Source of the DNA: Pseudomonadota bacterium
GTDB taxonomy: Bacteria > Desulfobacterota > Desulfobulbia > Desulfobulbales > SURF-16
Assembly (NCBI GenBank): GCA_018897105.1
Contig: JAHILF010000092.1
Location: 19,559 to 83,558 of the forward strand
DNA length: 64,000 nt
Reading direction: 5' to 3'
The position numbers and the translations under genes are program-made. Positions 10,050-19,501 of the stretch are shown here, in pieces. The notes beneath the pieces are model-generated. The model had not been told where the DNA came from, did not search any database, and was given only the letters and a program-made list of their open reading frames with translations. Positions within the stretch are counted from its first letter, which is position 1. Each line of letters starts with the position of its first letter.

Positions 10050-11975
10050 ATGAAAATACTCCTCATCGCTCCCTCGTATGCCAGGGATAGAAATGCAATG
10101 TATTTTCCCACAGGGGTCGCGCAGATTTCATCCTATATCCGGCAGTCTGGCTATCAAGTTGCTGCTTTGAATATGGGGAATCTGGCATATGATGAGAGGA
10201 TGGGTGAACTTGAAAAGCAGATTCTGATGGGAGATGTAGATCTTGTCGGTATAAGTTCCATGACCCTCGGTTTTTTGCAGACAGAAGAAATAGTAAGAAA
10301 AATTCGATCTCTTGCTCCGGAGATTCCTATTTGCCTTGGTGGTGATATCACCTCTGGAGAACCGGAATTAGTCCTCCGGGAGCTGCAGGTTGATTATGGG
10401 GTGGTCGGCGAGGGGGAACTGATTTTTCTTAATCTTCTTCATGCACTTGTCCAGCATGCTGATGTGGCCAGCGTTAAGGGGTTGTGGGTCAGGCTCCAGG
10501 ACAGATTTGTCTTCACAGGTGAAGGACCCCTGATCGATAATCTCGATGAACTACCTCTCCCTGACTATGAACTGTTTGGGGTCGAAAATTTTTTTACAAT
10601 TCAGCCAAAAGCCAATTGGCAGTATTTACGTTCTCATGACAATAGTCAGGTCATAATGCCGGTTTTTGCAAGCCGATCATGCCCGTTTAACTGTAGTTTC
10701 TGCTATCATACCGGGCCATATAGGCAGCGCTCCATCCCGTCACTTATCGAAGAATTGTTCTATTTCAAGGATAGCTTCGGCATTACTTCTTTCAATATTT
10801 TTGATGACCTCTTTGCGACCGATCGAAAACGGATCGAAGAATTTTGTCAGGCCCTGAAGAAGGAAGATCTGGACATTTCCTGGTCCACCCAAATGCGGGT
10901 TCATCCCATTGACCTTGAACAATTACAGATGATGCAATCAGCCGGATGCAAGGATATAACCTTTGGTATTGAAAGCGGTTCCGACCGGATCCTCGCCAGT
11001 ATGAATAAAAAAATCAACACCAGGCAAATAGCAACTGCTGTTGAGTTCGCTCGGCAGGCGAGGATAGGAGTCGTTGGCAACTTTTTATATGGCGATCCGG
11101 CGGAAACAGAAGAGACTCTTGAAGAATCGCTGCAGTTCCAGCAGGAAAACAAGATGTTTTTCGTCCAATGGGCCGCAATTATACCCTATCCTGGTTCTGC
11201 CATCTGGAAGTATGTCTGCAAAAACAAAATCAGCAGTGAGGCTGAGAAAATGGCTCTTATCCGTAAACTCAGCAATCCGGTTCATTACTTATGGAATGAT
11301 CTGGTAAACATGACCAAAATGACGGATAAGGTTTTCTGGGATAAGTTCGTTGATTTGCGGGAAGTTAATGATATTAATTTCAGAAAGGGCCAAGCTATTA
11401 TGCATCAATCGACACCCGATAAAGAGAGAAATCACTCTCTGTGCGATCTTGAGTGTCCATCCTGCGGTTTGCGCAGAGAACTGACTATCCCGTATCCTGT
11501 TGAGTGCTTTGACGGCGGGGAACCCGATCTTAATACTGCAATAGGAGTCAAGGGAATTAATCTGGTATGTCCCTCGTGTCGACAGGAAATGCATATCCCT
11601 GCCAATAAAATCGCCCATATCGCAGAAAAATATCATTTTTTTCAGGCTCAGGTGCAGCAGTGTGTCGCAACTGGAGAGGACGTTGTATTGATCCCTGCTT
11701 TAGATAGATTCCTTTATATTTTTAACGAAGATATTGACCTTTCTCATCTTAATGTAAAACAGGTGTGCGACACGCGGGAAAAACGGTTTGGGTGTTATTT
11801 TATGGGCAAGAAGGTTGAAGAATTGACTCTTGAAAACCTTAAGAAAAATTGTCATGCAACATTTTTTCTTCTCCCCTGGGTGGAGTATGAAAAACCATTG
11901 TCACTTTTAAATGATATCGGAGCCCGGAAGGTGATTTGCTGGAATCGCCTATTTGCCGATAAGGTTTCGGAATAA
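10050..11975 (+). CDS. B12-binding-domain radical SAM enzyme (class B rSAM) with a C-terminal extension
   Basis: MKILLIAPSYARDRNAMYFP..LVGISSMT..CLGGDITSGEPE and FASRSCPFNCSFC. The C-terminal pattern is CPSC..CPSC. It aligns by eye along its full length with 5915-7843. The track start at 10029 is TTG, so ATG 10050 is preferred. Confidence 0.9.
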   Translation: MKILLIAPSYARDRNAMYFPTGVAQISSYIRQSGYQVAALNMGNLAYDERMGELEKQILMGDVDLVGISSMTLGFLQTEEIVRKIRSLAPEIPICLGGDITSGEPELVLRELQVDYGVVGEGELIFLNLLHALVQHADVASVKGLWVRLQDRFVFTGEGPLIDNLDELPLPDYELFGVENFFTIQPKANWQYLRSHDNSQVIMPVFASRSCPFNCSFCYHTGPYRQRSIPSLIEELFYFKDSFGITSFNIFDDLFATDRKRIEEFCQALKKEDLDISWSTQMRVHPIDLEQLQMMQSAGCKDITFGIESGSDRILASMNKKINTRQIATAVEFARQARIGVVGNFLYGDPAETEETLEESLQFQQENKMFFVQWAAIIPYPGSAIWKYVCKNKISSEAEKMALIRKLSNPVHYLWNDLVNMTKMTDKVFWDKFVDLREVNDINFRKGQAIMHQSTPDKERNHSLCDLECPSCGLRRELTIPYPVECFDGGEPDLNTAIGVKGINLVCPSCRQEMHIPANKIAHIAEKYHFFQAQVQQCVATGEDVVLIPALDRFLYIFNEDIDLSHLNVKQVCDTREKRFGCYFMGKKVEELTLENLKKNCHATFFLLPWVEYEKPLSLLNDIGARKVICWNRLFADKVSE

Positions 11976-11976
11976 T

Positions 11977-12825
11977 ATGCACCATGAAAATTGTATTGTC
12001 TGCGATAGTAACCATTTGCAGGTAATTCATAAAAAAATTGAATCATTACCACCCAATTTTTCGCTTACGAACAACCATTCCGGACATTTTGTCATCGTGA
12101 GGTGTCAATCATGCGGGATGACTTTTGTTCAGAACCCTTTGACTTCAGAAGAAGAAAAAGAGGTTGACCTTATAGAAGATTTTCATGAGGAATTTCCAGA
12201 GCCCGAAGGCCGGCACAGGTACATGGCCCGGATGTTGATCGATGAATATGAAAAGAATTCCAGGCTGCGGGTGCTTGAGCTTGGCTGCGGCTATGGGGCT
12301 ATTCTCCGTTTTGTCAGGGATAAAGGATTCCGTTATGAGGCGCTGGAATTGAGCCACTGGAGGGTGAAGATGCTGGAGGAGGCCGGTTATCCTGTTGCAA
12401 GGATGACGTTGCAGGAATATAGCAGGAAATATCAGGACAGAAAGTTTGATGTCATTATTATTGATAACGTCCTTGAACATATTGTCGGGCCGAAGAAAAT
12501 AATGGAGGAAGCAATGGAGCTTCTTGCCCATGAAGGGAAAATCATAATTTCAGTTCCAGGACTGTATGACGTCCGGCGCTGGCTTGTCCCGGGCTGGGCC
12601 CGGAAATATCTCTGGCAGCCGAAAAGGCATGTGAATTTTTTCTCCAGTCGAACCTTAGCCTCCATGTTATCTCCCATGGGCCTGCAGGTTGGCTCATTTC
12701 CGCTGCTGTTTCCTCGCAGCGCCGACGCACGGCAGTTCATACTGTTTTTGGAAATTTTCTTTGATCGATTTCTGCCTGAACCTCTGTTTGGCATTTACAG
12801 AATATTTGCAAAGGCAAGAAGGTGA
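11977..12825 (+). CDS. class I SAM-dependent methyltransferase with an N-terminal Cys4 zinc-ribbon-like motif
   Basis: CIVCDS..x35..CQSCG, then motif I VLELGCGYGAIL and IIIDNVLEHI. ATG 11977 lies just after the upstream stop. Confidence 0.8.
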   Translation: MHHENCIVCDSNHLQVIHKKIESLPPNFSLTNNHSGHFVIVRCQSCGMTFVQNPLTSEEEKEVDLIEDFHEEFPEPEGRHRYMARMLIDEYEKNSRLRVLELGCGYGAILRFVRDKGFRYEALELSHWRVKMLEEAGYPVARMTLQEYSRKYQDRKFDVIIIDNVLEHIVGPKKIMEEAMELLAHEGKIIISVPGLYDVRRWLVPGWARKYLWQPKRHVNFFSSRTLASMLSPMGLQVGSFPLLFPRSADARQFILFLEIFFDRFLPEPLFGIYRIFAKARR

Positions 12826-14246
12826 GCATGACGAAACTGAACACATTGCTCCTTCGTTTACCTCTGAATCTGGATAACAGGTTTGACCGTACTAATGTGC
12901 TGCAATTATATGGGCTTGCCATGGTATCGGCTGCTATGAAGGCAGCCGGGCGGCAAGTCACGCTCTATGACGCATACGCCTACAATTTAACGCCCAGAAA
13001 AATTTTACAATATGTTGTGCAGCAGAACCCTGATGTGATTGGTCTTACTCTCTACACGGTCGGTCTCGCCCGGACGCTGGACTTTATTGCCGACATGAAA
13101 AGTCTATTGCCCAAGGTGAAGATAGTTGTTGGCGGCCCCCATGCCACGGCAGAAAGCCGTACTCTTCTCGCCAACAATAAAGATATTGACATTGCTGTCA
13201 TAGGTGAGGGAGAAGAAACCTTTGTTGAACTGGTCAAGGTCTTGGCGGAAGGCGACGACCTCAAAAACGTTGATGGGATTGCTTACAAGGATACGAGCGG
13301 AGAGGTGATAGTAAACAAGGACCGTTCTCCGATCGAAAATCTGGACACATTACCCTTCGCTGATTGGGATTCTCTGCCCATGGCCAGATATTGGTCTGGA
13401 CATACGAACAAGAAAAATTATGTGAATTTAGTGGCTAACCGGGGTTGTGCGTATTCCTGTATTTTCTGTGGTTCCAAGATTACCCTGGGCCGTAAGGTTC
13501 GTCAGCGTTCTATTGATAGTATCATTGCCGAGTTGAAGTTTCTGCATAAACAGCACCATGTCCGCCAGATCATGTTCAGTGATTCGACTTTTAATCTTGA
13601 CGATAAGTGGCTCAACGACTTCTGCCACCGGCTTTTATCTGAATCTCTTTCGTTTAAGTGGGAGTGTAATATTCGCGGAAATCTCTTAAGAAGAGATACT
13701 CTCAGGCTGATGAAGAAGGCCGGTTGTTTTCATCTGTTCATGGGGGTAGAATCGGCTGATAATGATATGCTCAAGAGAATGAACAAGGGGGAGACCATTG
13801 AGCAGTTGCAGAAGGCCATTGAAATTCTCGATGAGGAGAAAATGAGAGCGTCCTATGGCTTTATCATGGGACTGCCCGGGGAAAGTGAGGCTTCGCTTCG
13901 GAAGACAATTGATTTTGTCAAAGGTCTCAATAAAAGGGGAATATATTCCTGTTCCCTGGCAACACCGTATCCTGGAACCCCGTTTTACCGAATGGCTCTT
14001 GATGAGGGGTGGCAATGTCCCGATTGGCATACCTTCAGTCAGGAAAACGTTTCCTATGTGCCCCAGGGACTTACGAAGAAAAAACTAGAAAATTTCAAAG
14101 ATCAGTTTGGTAAGGCAACCAACAGTGCCATATCTTTGAAACCGTCTTTTATCCTCAACCAATTATTGCAGGTGCAGTCTCCTGTCAATCTGTGGATCAA
14201 GATAGGATATGGGTATCGTCTTTTCATGAAGCGTTTGTTGGCATGA
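12822..14246 (+). CDS. B12-binding-domain radical SAM enzyme (class B rSAM)
   Basis: DVIGLTLYT..IVVGGPHATAE and VANRGCAYSCIFC. GTGA overlap with the upstream stop (an alternative ATG is at 12828). Paralogue of 16829-18247. Confidence 0.9.
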   Translation: MSMTKLNTLLLRLPLNLDNRFDRTNVLQLYGLAMVSAAMKAAGRQVTLYDAYAYNLTPRKILQYVVQQNPDVIGLTLYTVGLARTLDFIADMKSLLPKVKIVVGGPHATAESRTLLANNKDIDIAVIGEGEETFVELVKVLAEGDDLKNVDGIAYKDTSGEVIVNKDRSPIENLDTLPFADWDSLPMARYWSGHTNKKNYVNLVANRGCAYSCIFCGSKITLGRKVRQRSIDSIIAELKFLHKQHHVRQIMFSDSTFNLDDKWLNDFCHRLLSESLSFKWECNIRGNLLRRDTLRLMKKAGCFHLFMGVESADNDMLKRMNKGETIEQLQKAIEILDEEKMRASYGFIMGLPGESEASLRKTIDFVKGLNKRGIYSCSLATPYPGTPFYRMALDEGWQCPDWHTFSQENVSYVPQGLTKKKLENFKDQFGKATNSAISLKPSFILNQLLQVQSPVNLWIKIGYGYRLFMKRLLA

Positions 14247-14311
14247 ATTACGACCTGGAGCGGGCGTAGGCCTGATATCTGCATCAGAAAGGTCAGAGGG
14301 AAGACGACGTA

Positions 14312-15664
14312 ATGAAAACTTTATTAATTATTCCGCCCAGCAATTCAGATAGCCCACTGCCTACCCTCGGTGTAGCCTACCTGGCTTCATCCCTGCAGCG
14401 GGCCGGACATGAGGCACGTATTCTTGACCTTTGGACTGAACCCTTATCTGATCAGCAACTTCTCGCAAATATTGGAGAATATCAGCCGGATCTTGTCGGG
14501 ATTACTTTTTTCACCCGAAGATATAGTGCAACAAAAAAACTAGCTGATGATATCAAGGACTGGTTCCCTGATAAGAAAATCGTAGTTGGAGGTTATCACC
14601 CCTCAGCCCTGCCCCGGGAGACCTTGGAAGAAATTCAATCAATTGATTTTGTTGCCATTGGAGAGGGGGAGGAAACCATCGTTGAATTGCTGGAGTCTCT
14701 TCCTGATAAAGAATGGGACACCGTGAATGGTATTGGCTATCGGGGTGAGGGGGGGGCAGTAGTTCTCACGCCTCCACGAAAATTCATAAAGGATCTCGAT
14801 CAACTGGCTTATCCCGATCTGTTCCAGGTTGACCCGAGAAAATACCGTATTCACCCGCCCTATGGCTGGTTTGGCTTGCCCCTGACGATGATTACCACCA
14901 GGGGCTGCCCAGGGAAATGCACTTTCTGTTCCAAATCAGTCTTCAAAAGAACACTGCGTTCTCTGTCCCCGCGTAAAGTTGTTGATGAAATTCTTTATTG
15001 GAAAGAGCGATTGCCTGTTAAGGAAATTCGATTTTACGATGATGATTTCACCATCTCCCAGAAGCGTACTTTTGAGATCTGCGATCTGCTCATTGAGGAG
15101 AAGGTGAATCTCCCCTGGACCTGCACAACGCGCGTTGATTTTTTGTCACGCGACCTTATGGTCAGGATGAAAGAGGCAGGGCTGTATTTTATTACCCTGG
15201 GAGTGGAATCAGGTTCCCCTAAGGTATTAAAGGGCTTGCAGAAAGGGTATACCGTGGGGCATATAAGGGATGCATTTTCATGGGCGCATCAGCTGGATCT
15301 CGTCACGTTTGCCTTTTTTATGGTTGGCTGCCCCGAGGAGACAGATGAGGATGTTGCAATGACCATGGCGATTCAAAAAGAAATCAAACCGGATTTCCTG
15401 AATTGGGGAGTCTTGCGGGTAGTGCCCGGCAGTCAGCTCTTTGAAGAGTTCAAAAGGGACCATGCTTATGATTTCTCCTGTGATCAAAACCCCATTTACC
15501 GGCAGGATCTTGATGAAAAATATCTGTGCAAATTATGTAAAAAGGGGATGCTGACTCATTACACCTCCCCATGGGGAGCCCGGGCAGTTCTGAGGTATTT
15601 CTATAACACGAAAAATTTCGGGGTCATTGCCAACGGATTGCAGTGGATCAAGGAGCTTATCTGA
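14312..15664 (+). CDS. B12-binding-domain radical SAM enzyme (class B rSAM)
   Basis: DLVGITFFT..IVVGGYHPSALP and TTRGCPGKCTFC. It contains a G8 homopolymer at 14749-14756. Confidence 0.9.
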   Translation: MKTLLIIPPSNSDSPLPTLGVAYLASSLQRAGHEARILDLWTEPLSDQQLLANIGEYQPDLVGITFFTRRYSATKKLADDIKDWFPDKKIVVGGYHPSALPRETLEEIQSIDFVAIGEGEETIVELLESLPDKEWDTVNGIGYRGEGGAVVLTPPRKFIKDLDQLAYPDLFQVDPRKYRIHPPYGWFGLPLTMITTRGCPGKCTFCSKSVFKRTLRSLSPRKVVDEILYWKERLPVKEIRFYDDDFTISQKRTFEICDLLIEEKVNLPWTCTTRVDFLSRDLMVRMKEAGLYFITLGVESGSPKVLKGLQKGYTVGHIRDAFSWAHQLDLVTFAFFMVGCPEETDEDVAMTMAIQKEIKPDFLNWGVLRVVPGSQLFEEFKRDHAYDFSCDQNPIYRQDLDEKYLCKLCKKGMLTHYTSPWGARAVLRYFYNTKNFGVIANGLQWIKELI

Positions 15665-15665
15665 A

Positions 15666-16841
15666 GTGGCGGTTCCAAAAAAATATACATTAATTCTTTC
15701 CTGCCTGCTCCTTGTTTGTCTCGGTATTGTGCTTGCTGAAGTCTTGTCTTATGCAATTATCAGCCACTTTACGAACGTCGAGGAAGGTCACCCCTATCAT
15801 CCATACCTGGGCTGGGTTGCCAGGCCTAATAGTGATATCAAACTGACTGGACATTGTCCCGGCCAAGAGTTGTCTGCTTCATGCGGAATCATCAAGACAG
15901 ATGAAAATGGTCACTCCATCACCCCATTTTTTCAGGGCGAGCCTGATATGACCATCGTTGTTCTGGGCGGTAGCACGATGTTCGGGGCGGGGGCCAGCAG
16001 CAATGGGACAACTGTTCCCTCTCTGCTCGAAGAAACGATTAACAGGCATACCTCAAAAAAGGTCGAAGTTGTCAATCTGGGGGTTTGCGGCTACCAGTCC
16101 TTTCAGGAAATGCTGGCCTTGCATCGGTATTTACGCGATCACCCTGCCGATCTTGTCCTTGCCGTGACGGGACGCAATGATGCTGAAAGCGGGCTGGATT
16201 TTCCTGCAAAAGAGGCCGCTTTTCTTCCTGAATCGGTTCATTTCAAAGCCGCCTTGATGCGTCATTTCGAGGATAGAGATGGTGGTGTTGCAATGACACT
16301 GCAGCATGTCCGCTTAATTTTGAATTCATACTCCTATACCTTTAAATTATTTGAAAAGGCACTGCACTATATACGTATAAAGACCACGACCGGGGAAGGA
16401 GAAGTGCTAGATGAGGCGGGAAAATCGTCGGATCCGTTTGCTAATATCGATCAACGGGTGGGGATAACTTCATTGCACTATGATATGATGCAGACGATCA
16501 CCAATGCGCATGGAGCTGAATTCATCATGTTTCTCCAACCGACTGCGTTTACCAAGCCCATTCTTACAGATGAAGAACAGATTTGTGCGGCTTCTCGAGT
16601 GGTGGGAGACCAGAGAATTGATAATGGCCTGCTCAGGGAATATGAAAAACGCTATTTTGCACAATTGCGCACGGTCGGGAAAAAATATCAATTTGCAGAT
16701 ATTACTCATGTTTTTGATGGGGAAAGCCGAACGGTATACAAGGATATGTGCCACTATAATGATATCGGAGCCAAGGTTGTTGCTGAGGCAATATATGCGA
16801 AATACAAAGATTTGTGGAAGACTGAGCAATGCAGAAATTAA
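15666..16841 (+). CDS. membrane-anchored SGNH/GDSL-type hydrolase (esterase or O-acyl-transfer partner)
   Basis: N-terminal TM helix. SGNH blocks are visible: VVLGGSTMFG (Ser), NLGVCGY (Gly), TGRND (Asn) and DMCHYN (Asp-x-x-His). A GTG at 15666 follows the upstream stop; the track start at 15627 would overlap by 38 nt. Confidence 0.6.
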   Translation: MAVPKKYTLILSCLLLVCLGIVLAEVLSYAIISHFTNVEEGHPYHPYLGWVARPNSDIKLTGHCPGQELSASCGIIKTDENGHSITPFFQGEPDMTIVVLGGSTMFGAGASSNGTTVPSLLEETINRHTSKKVEVVNLGVCGYQSFQEMLALHRYLRDHPADLVLAVTGRNDAESGLDFPAKEAAFLPESVHFKAALMRHFEDRDGGVAMTLQHVRLILNSYSYTFKLFEKALHYIRIKTTTGEGEVLDEAGKSSDPFANIDQRVGITSLHYDMMQTITNAHGAEFIMFLQPTAFTKPILTDEEQICAASRVVGDQRIDNGLLREYEKRYFAQLRTVGKKYQFADITHVFDGESRTVYKDMCHYNDIGAKVVAEAIYAKYKDLWKTEQCRN

Positions 16842-18247
16842 GAACTCTCCTGATTAATCTGCCGGAGGATATTCATGAGGTTCATTATAATAATCATATT
16901 CTCCAGCCTTACGGACTGGGGATGATTTCCAGTTATTTGAAACAGTGCGGCCGTGATGTCGTTCTCCACGATGCATGCGCCCATGCAACAAAGAGAAAGC
17001 AATTACTCCGTTATATTGAGGATGTGACTCCGGATGTCCTCGGCATTACCACCATGACCCATGGCATCCAACAGGTGGCTGAATTGCTGGCGGATGCAAA
17101 AAAAATACTGCCGGAGGTCACCACCGTGGTCGGTGGACCACATCCGTCTGCAGAGTATCAATCTCTGCTGGAAGACAATAAGGCGATAGATATTGCTGTC
17201 CGTGGTGAAGGCGAATATACCATGGAGGCCCTCCTTGATAGTCTGCAGCGGGATGGCGATTTGACGGAGGTGCAGGGGCTTGCCTTCCGCAAAGGTGAGG
17301 AAATTGTCGTGACACCTGCCAGGCCACCCATTGCCGATATTGATTCGTTGCCTTTTTCCGATTGGACTTCTTTTCCCATGGATAAATACTGGTGTGGGTG
17401 GACCATCAGAAAAAATTACGCATCGATTCTCTTCAGCCGGGGGTGTCCCTTTTCCTGTACCTTTTGCGCCCACGATACAGTTCTGGGCCGTAATCAACGC
17501 AAACGTTCTCCTGAATTAATCATCGAAGAGCTGAAGCTGCTCTATGATAATTTTGGTGTTCGGCAGTTGCGGGTGGACGATTCTGCCCTGATTGACCGCA
17601 AGTGGATTCAGGAGATTTGCGAGGGTATGCTGCGGATGGGGCGGCCTCTTTTATGGGGATGCAATGTTCGTTCAACCTTAATTGACAAAGAACTGCTGCT
17701 TCTCATGAAAAAAAGTGGTTTGGTTCGGCTCAATTTCGGCATTGAGTCGGCGGATAACCGTATGCTGAAGTCCATGAAAAAAGGGCAGACAATTGAAGAG
17801 GCGGAAGCAGGAATACGGCTGATTAATGAAGTGGGGATTGTGGCCTGTTACACCTTTATTGTGGGTTTGCCGGGAGAGACGGAAGAATCGTTACGGAAGA
17901 CGGTGGATTTTTCGAGAAAACTGGATAAATGCTTTAATACATTCCATATTGCCACTCCATATCCGGGAACGGAGTTTTATGAAACAGCCAAAAAGGAAGG
18001 ACTGATGGTCAAGAATTGGGCCAATTTTGATTTGTATAAGATTGCCTATGTCCCAAAGGGATTGACCAAAGAAATCCTGCTTTATCATTATAAACGGTCT
18101 TTAACAAAAAATTTGTTCAAACCCTCTTTCATCCTTTGGAATATTACACTTACTGAATCATGGATTAATTTTAAGATCCGCTTGCGTTTTGCCTTCCATG
18201 TGGTGACGCGTTTTTTAAAAGCGAAAAAATCCATGAGCGTCGATTGA
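16829..18247 (+). CDS. B12-binding-domain radical SAM enzyme (class B rSAM)
   Basis: DVLGITTMT..TVVGGPHPSAE and FSRGCPFSCTFC. Collinear similarity to 12822-14246. Confidence 0.9.
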   Translation: MQKLRTLLINLPEDIHEVHYNNHILQPYGLGMISSYLKQCGRDVVLHDACAHATKRKQLLRYIEDVTPDVLGITTMTHGIQQVAELLADAKKILPEVTTVVGGPHPSAEYQSLLEDNKAIDIAVRGEGEYTMEALLDSLQRDGDLTEVQGLAFRKGEEIVVTPARPPIADIDSLPFSDWTSFPMDKYWCGWTIRKNYASILFSRGCPFSCTFCAHDTVLGRNQRKRSPELIIEELKLLYDNFGVRQLRVDDSALIDRKWIQEICEGMLRMGRPLLWGCNVRSTLIDKELLLLMKKSGLVRLNFGIESADNRMLKSMKKGQTIEEAEAGIRLINEVGIVACYTFIVGLPGETEESLRKTVDFSRKLDKCFNTFHIATPYPGTEFYETAKKEGLMVKNWANFDLYKIAYVPKGLTKEILLYHYKRSLTKNLFKPSFILWNITLTESWINFKIRLRFAFHVVTRFLKAKKSMSVD

Positions 18248-18307
18248 TCATTGGTAACGGGATGAAGAAAAATGACCAGTCATATTCTGTAAAGGTTGCG
18301 GTGTTAT

Positions 18308-19459
18308 ATGCTTGAATATGCAAAAGGAATACTTCCGGTATTGTTGAAGCTTGAGAAGGCATGGAATCAACCAATTACCATTAATGTTGATACAAGCAGC
18401 GCCTGCAACCTTTCTTGCAAAATGTGTTTTCGGTCCCAGGACTATTATGAGGAAAAGCAGCGCATTTTCTTAACCACTGAAACACTCCATAAACTCTATG
18501 GGCAGTTTCAGCCTAAGATTTTGATTTTTGGTGGTATTACTGCAGAACCCTTAATGAATAAGGATATCGGGGAGCTTGTCGCAATAGCACATTCTCATAA
18601 ATCCCGGACGATCATGAGCACCAATGGACAATTAATGAGTGAAGAAAAGGCATATACACTCATCAAAAACGGAATCAATTTGGTTAAATTTTCGGTCGAT
18701 GCCGCCACTCCCACCACATATCAGAAAATAAGAGGAAGCGATTTTGACCATCTTATTGGCAATATAAGGCGATTTATCGCTATCCAGAAGGAGTTCAAGA
18801 TATCTCGGCAACTGGCCCGGCTCGATTTTGTTATTCAGAAAGATAATTTGGATGATATTATTCCATTCCTGAAGTTAAATCGTGATTTGGGGCTTAATTT
18901 TGCCGGCTTCCTGCCTGTTAATTTCAAGCAATTCACCCAGGAGTCGGTGGCTGATTTCCGGCAGGGGTATAATGTCGCAAAGATAATCAACATACTGAAG
19001 ACGGCGGCCGATAAAGCCCGCGAATACGGGGTGAAAACAAATCTTGAGGCGCTGCTGAAAGGAGCTGATAAGATTGGTACCCCTGAATCATATGAACCGG
19101 CATCGGATGATTATTATCTCCCCTGGTATAAATATACCCGTGCCAGAGACTATCTCTGCCTCTATCCTTGGTTGCAGCTGGCCGTTCTTGTGAATGGCGA
19201 TGTCTCCATCTGCTGTGATACCTTTGGCTATAATGTTTTTAATGAAGGTGGCGGAGACCAAGAGAAGGGCATGGTGCTGGGAAATATTCACAATGATGAT
19301 TTGCGGGAGTTGTGGAACGGCAAGAAATTGCAGATGATTCGTCGCATGTTCAAAAATGGGGAAAATTTACAAAAATTTAAAAGCTGTAAGGGATGCATTT
19401 ATAAGCTGAATATTTCTTACGAGATTCGCATGAATAATCTTTTTTCAACCTTAAGGTAA
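18308..19459 (+). CDS. radical SAM enzyme with a SPASM/twitch-type C-terminal domain
   Basis: DTSSACNLSCKMC (CxxxCxxC), the C-terminal CLYPWLQLAVLVNGDVSIC (Cx12Gx4C), then SCKGC. ATG 18308 is preferred to TTG 18296. Confidence 0.85.
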   Translation: MLEYAKGILPVLLKLEKAWNQPITINVDTSSACNLSCKMCFRSQDYYEEKQRIFLTTETLHKLYGQFQPKILIFGGITAEPLMNKDIGELVAIAHSHKSRTIMSTNGQLMSEEKAYTLIKNGINLVKFSVDAATPTTYQKIRGSDFDHLIGNIRRFIAIQKEFKISRQLARLDFVIQKDNLDDIIPFLKLNRDLGLNFAGFLPVNFKQFTQESVADFRQGYNVAKIINILKTAADKAREYGVKTNLEALLKGADKIGTPESYEPASDDYYLPWYKYTRARDYLCLYPWLQLAVLVNGDVSICCDTFGYNVFNEGGGDQEKGMVLGNIHNDDLRELWNGKKLQMIRRMFKNGENLQKFKSCKGCIYKLNISYEIRMNNLFSTLR

Positions 19460-19501
19460 CTGTACGTGCAAATCGCAGAGTGGGAATTTGCCTAATTGAT
19501 A

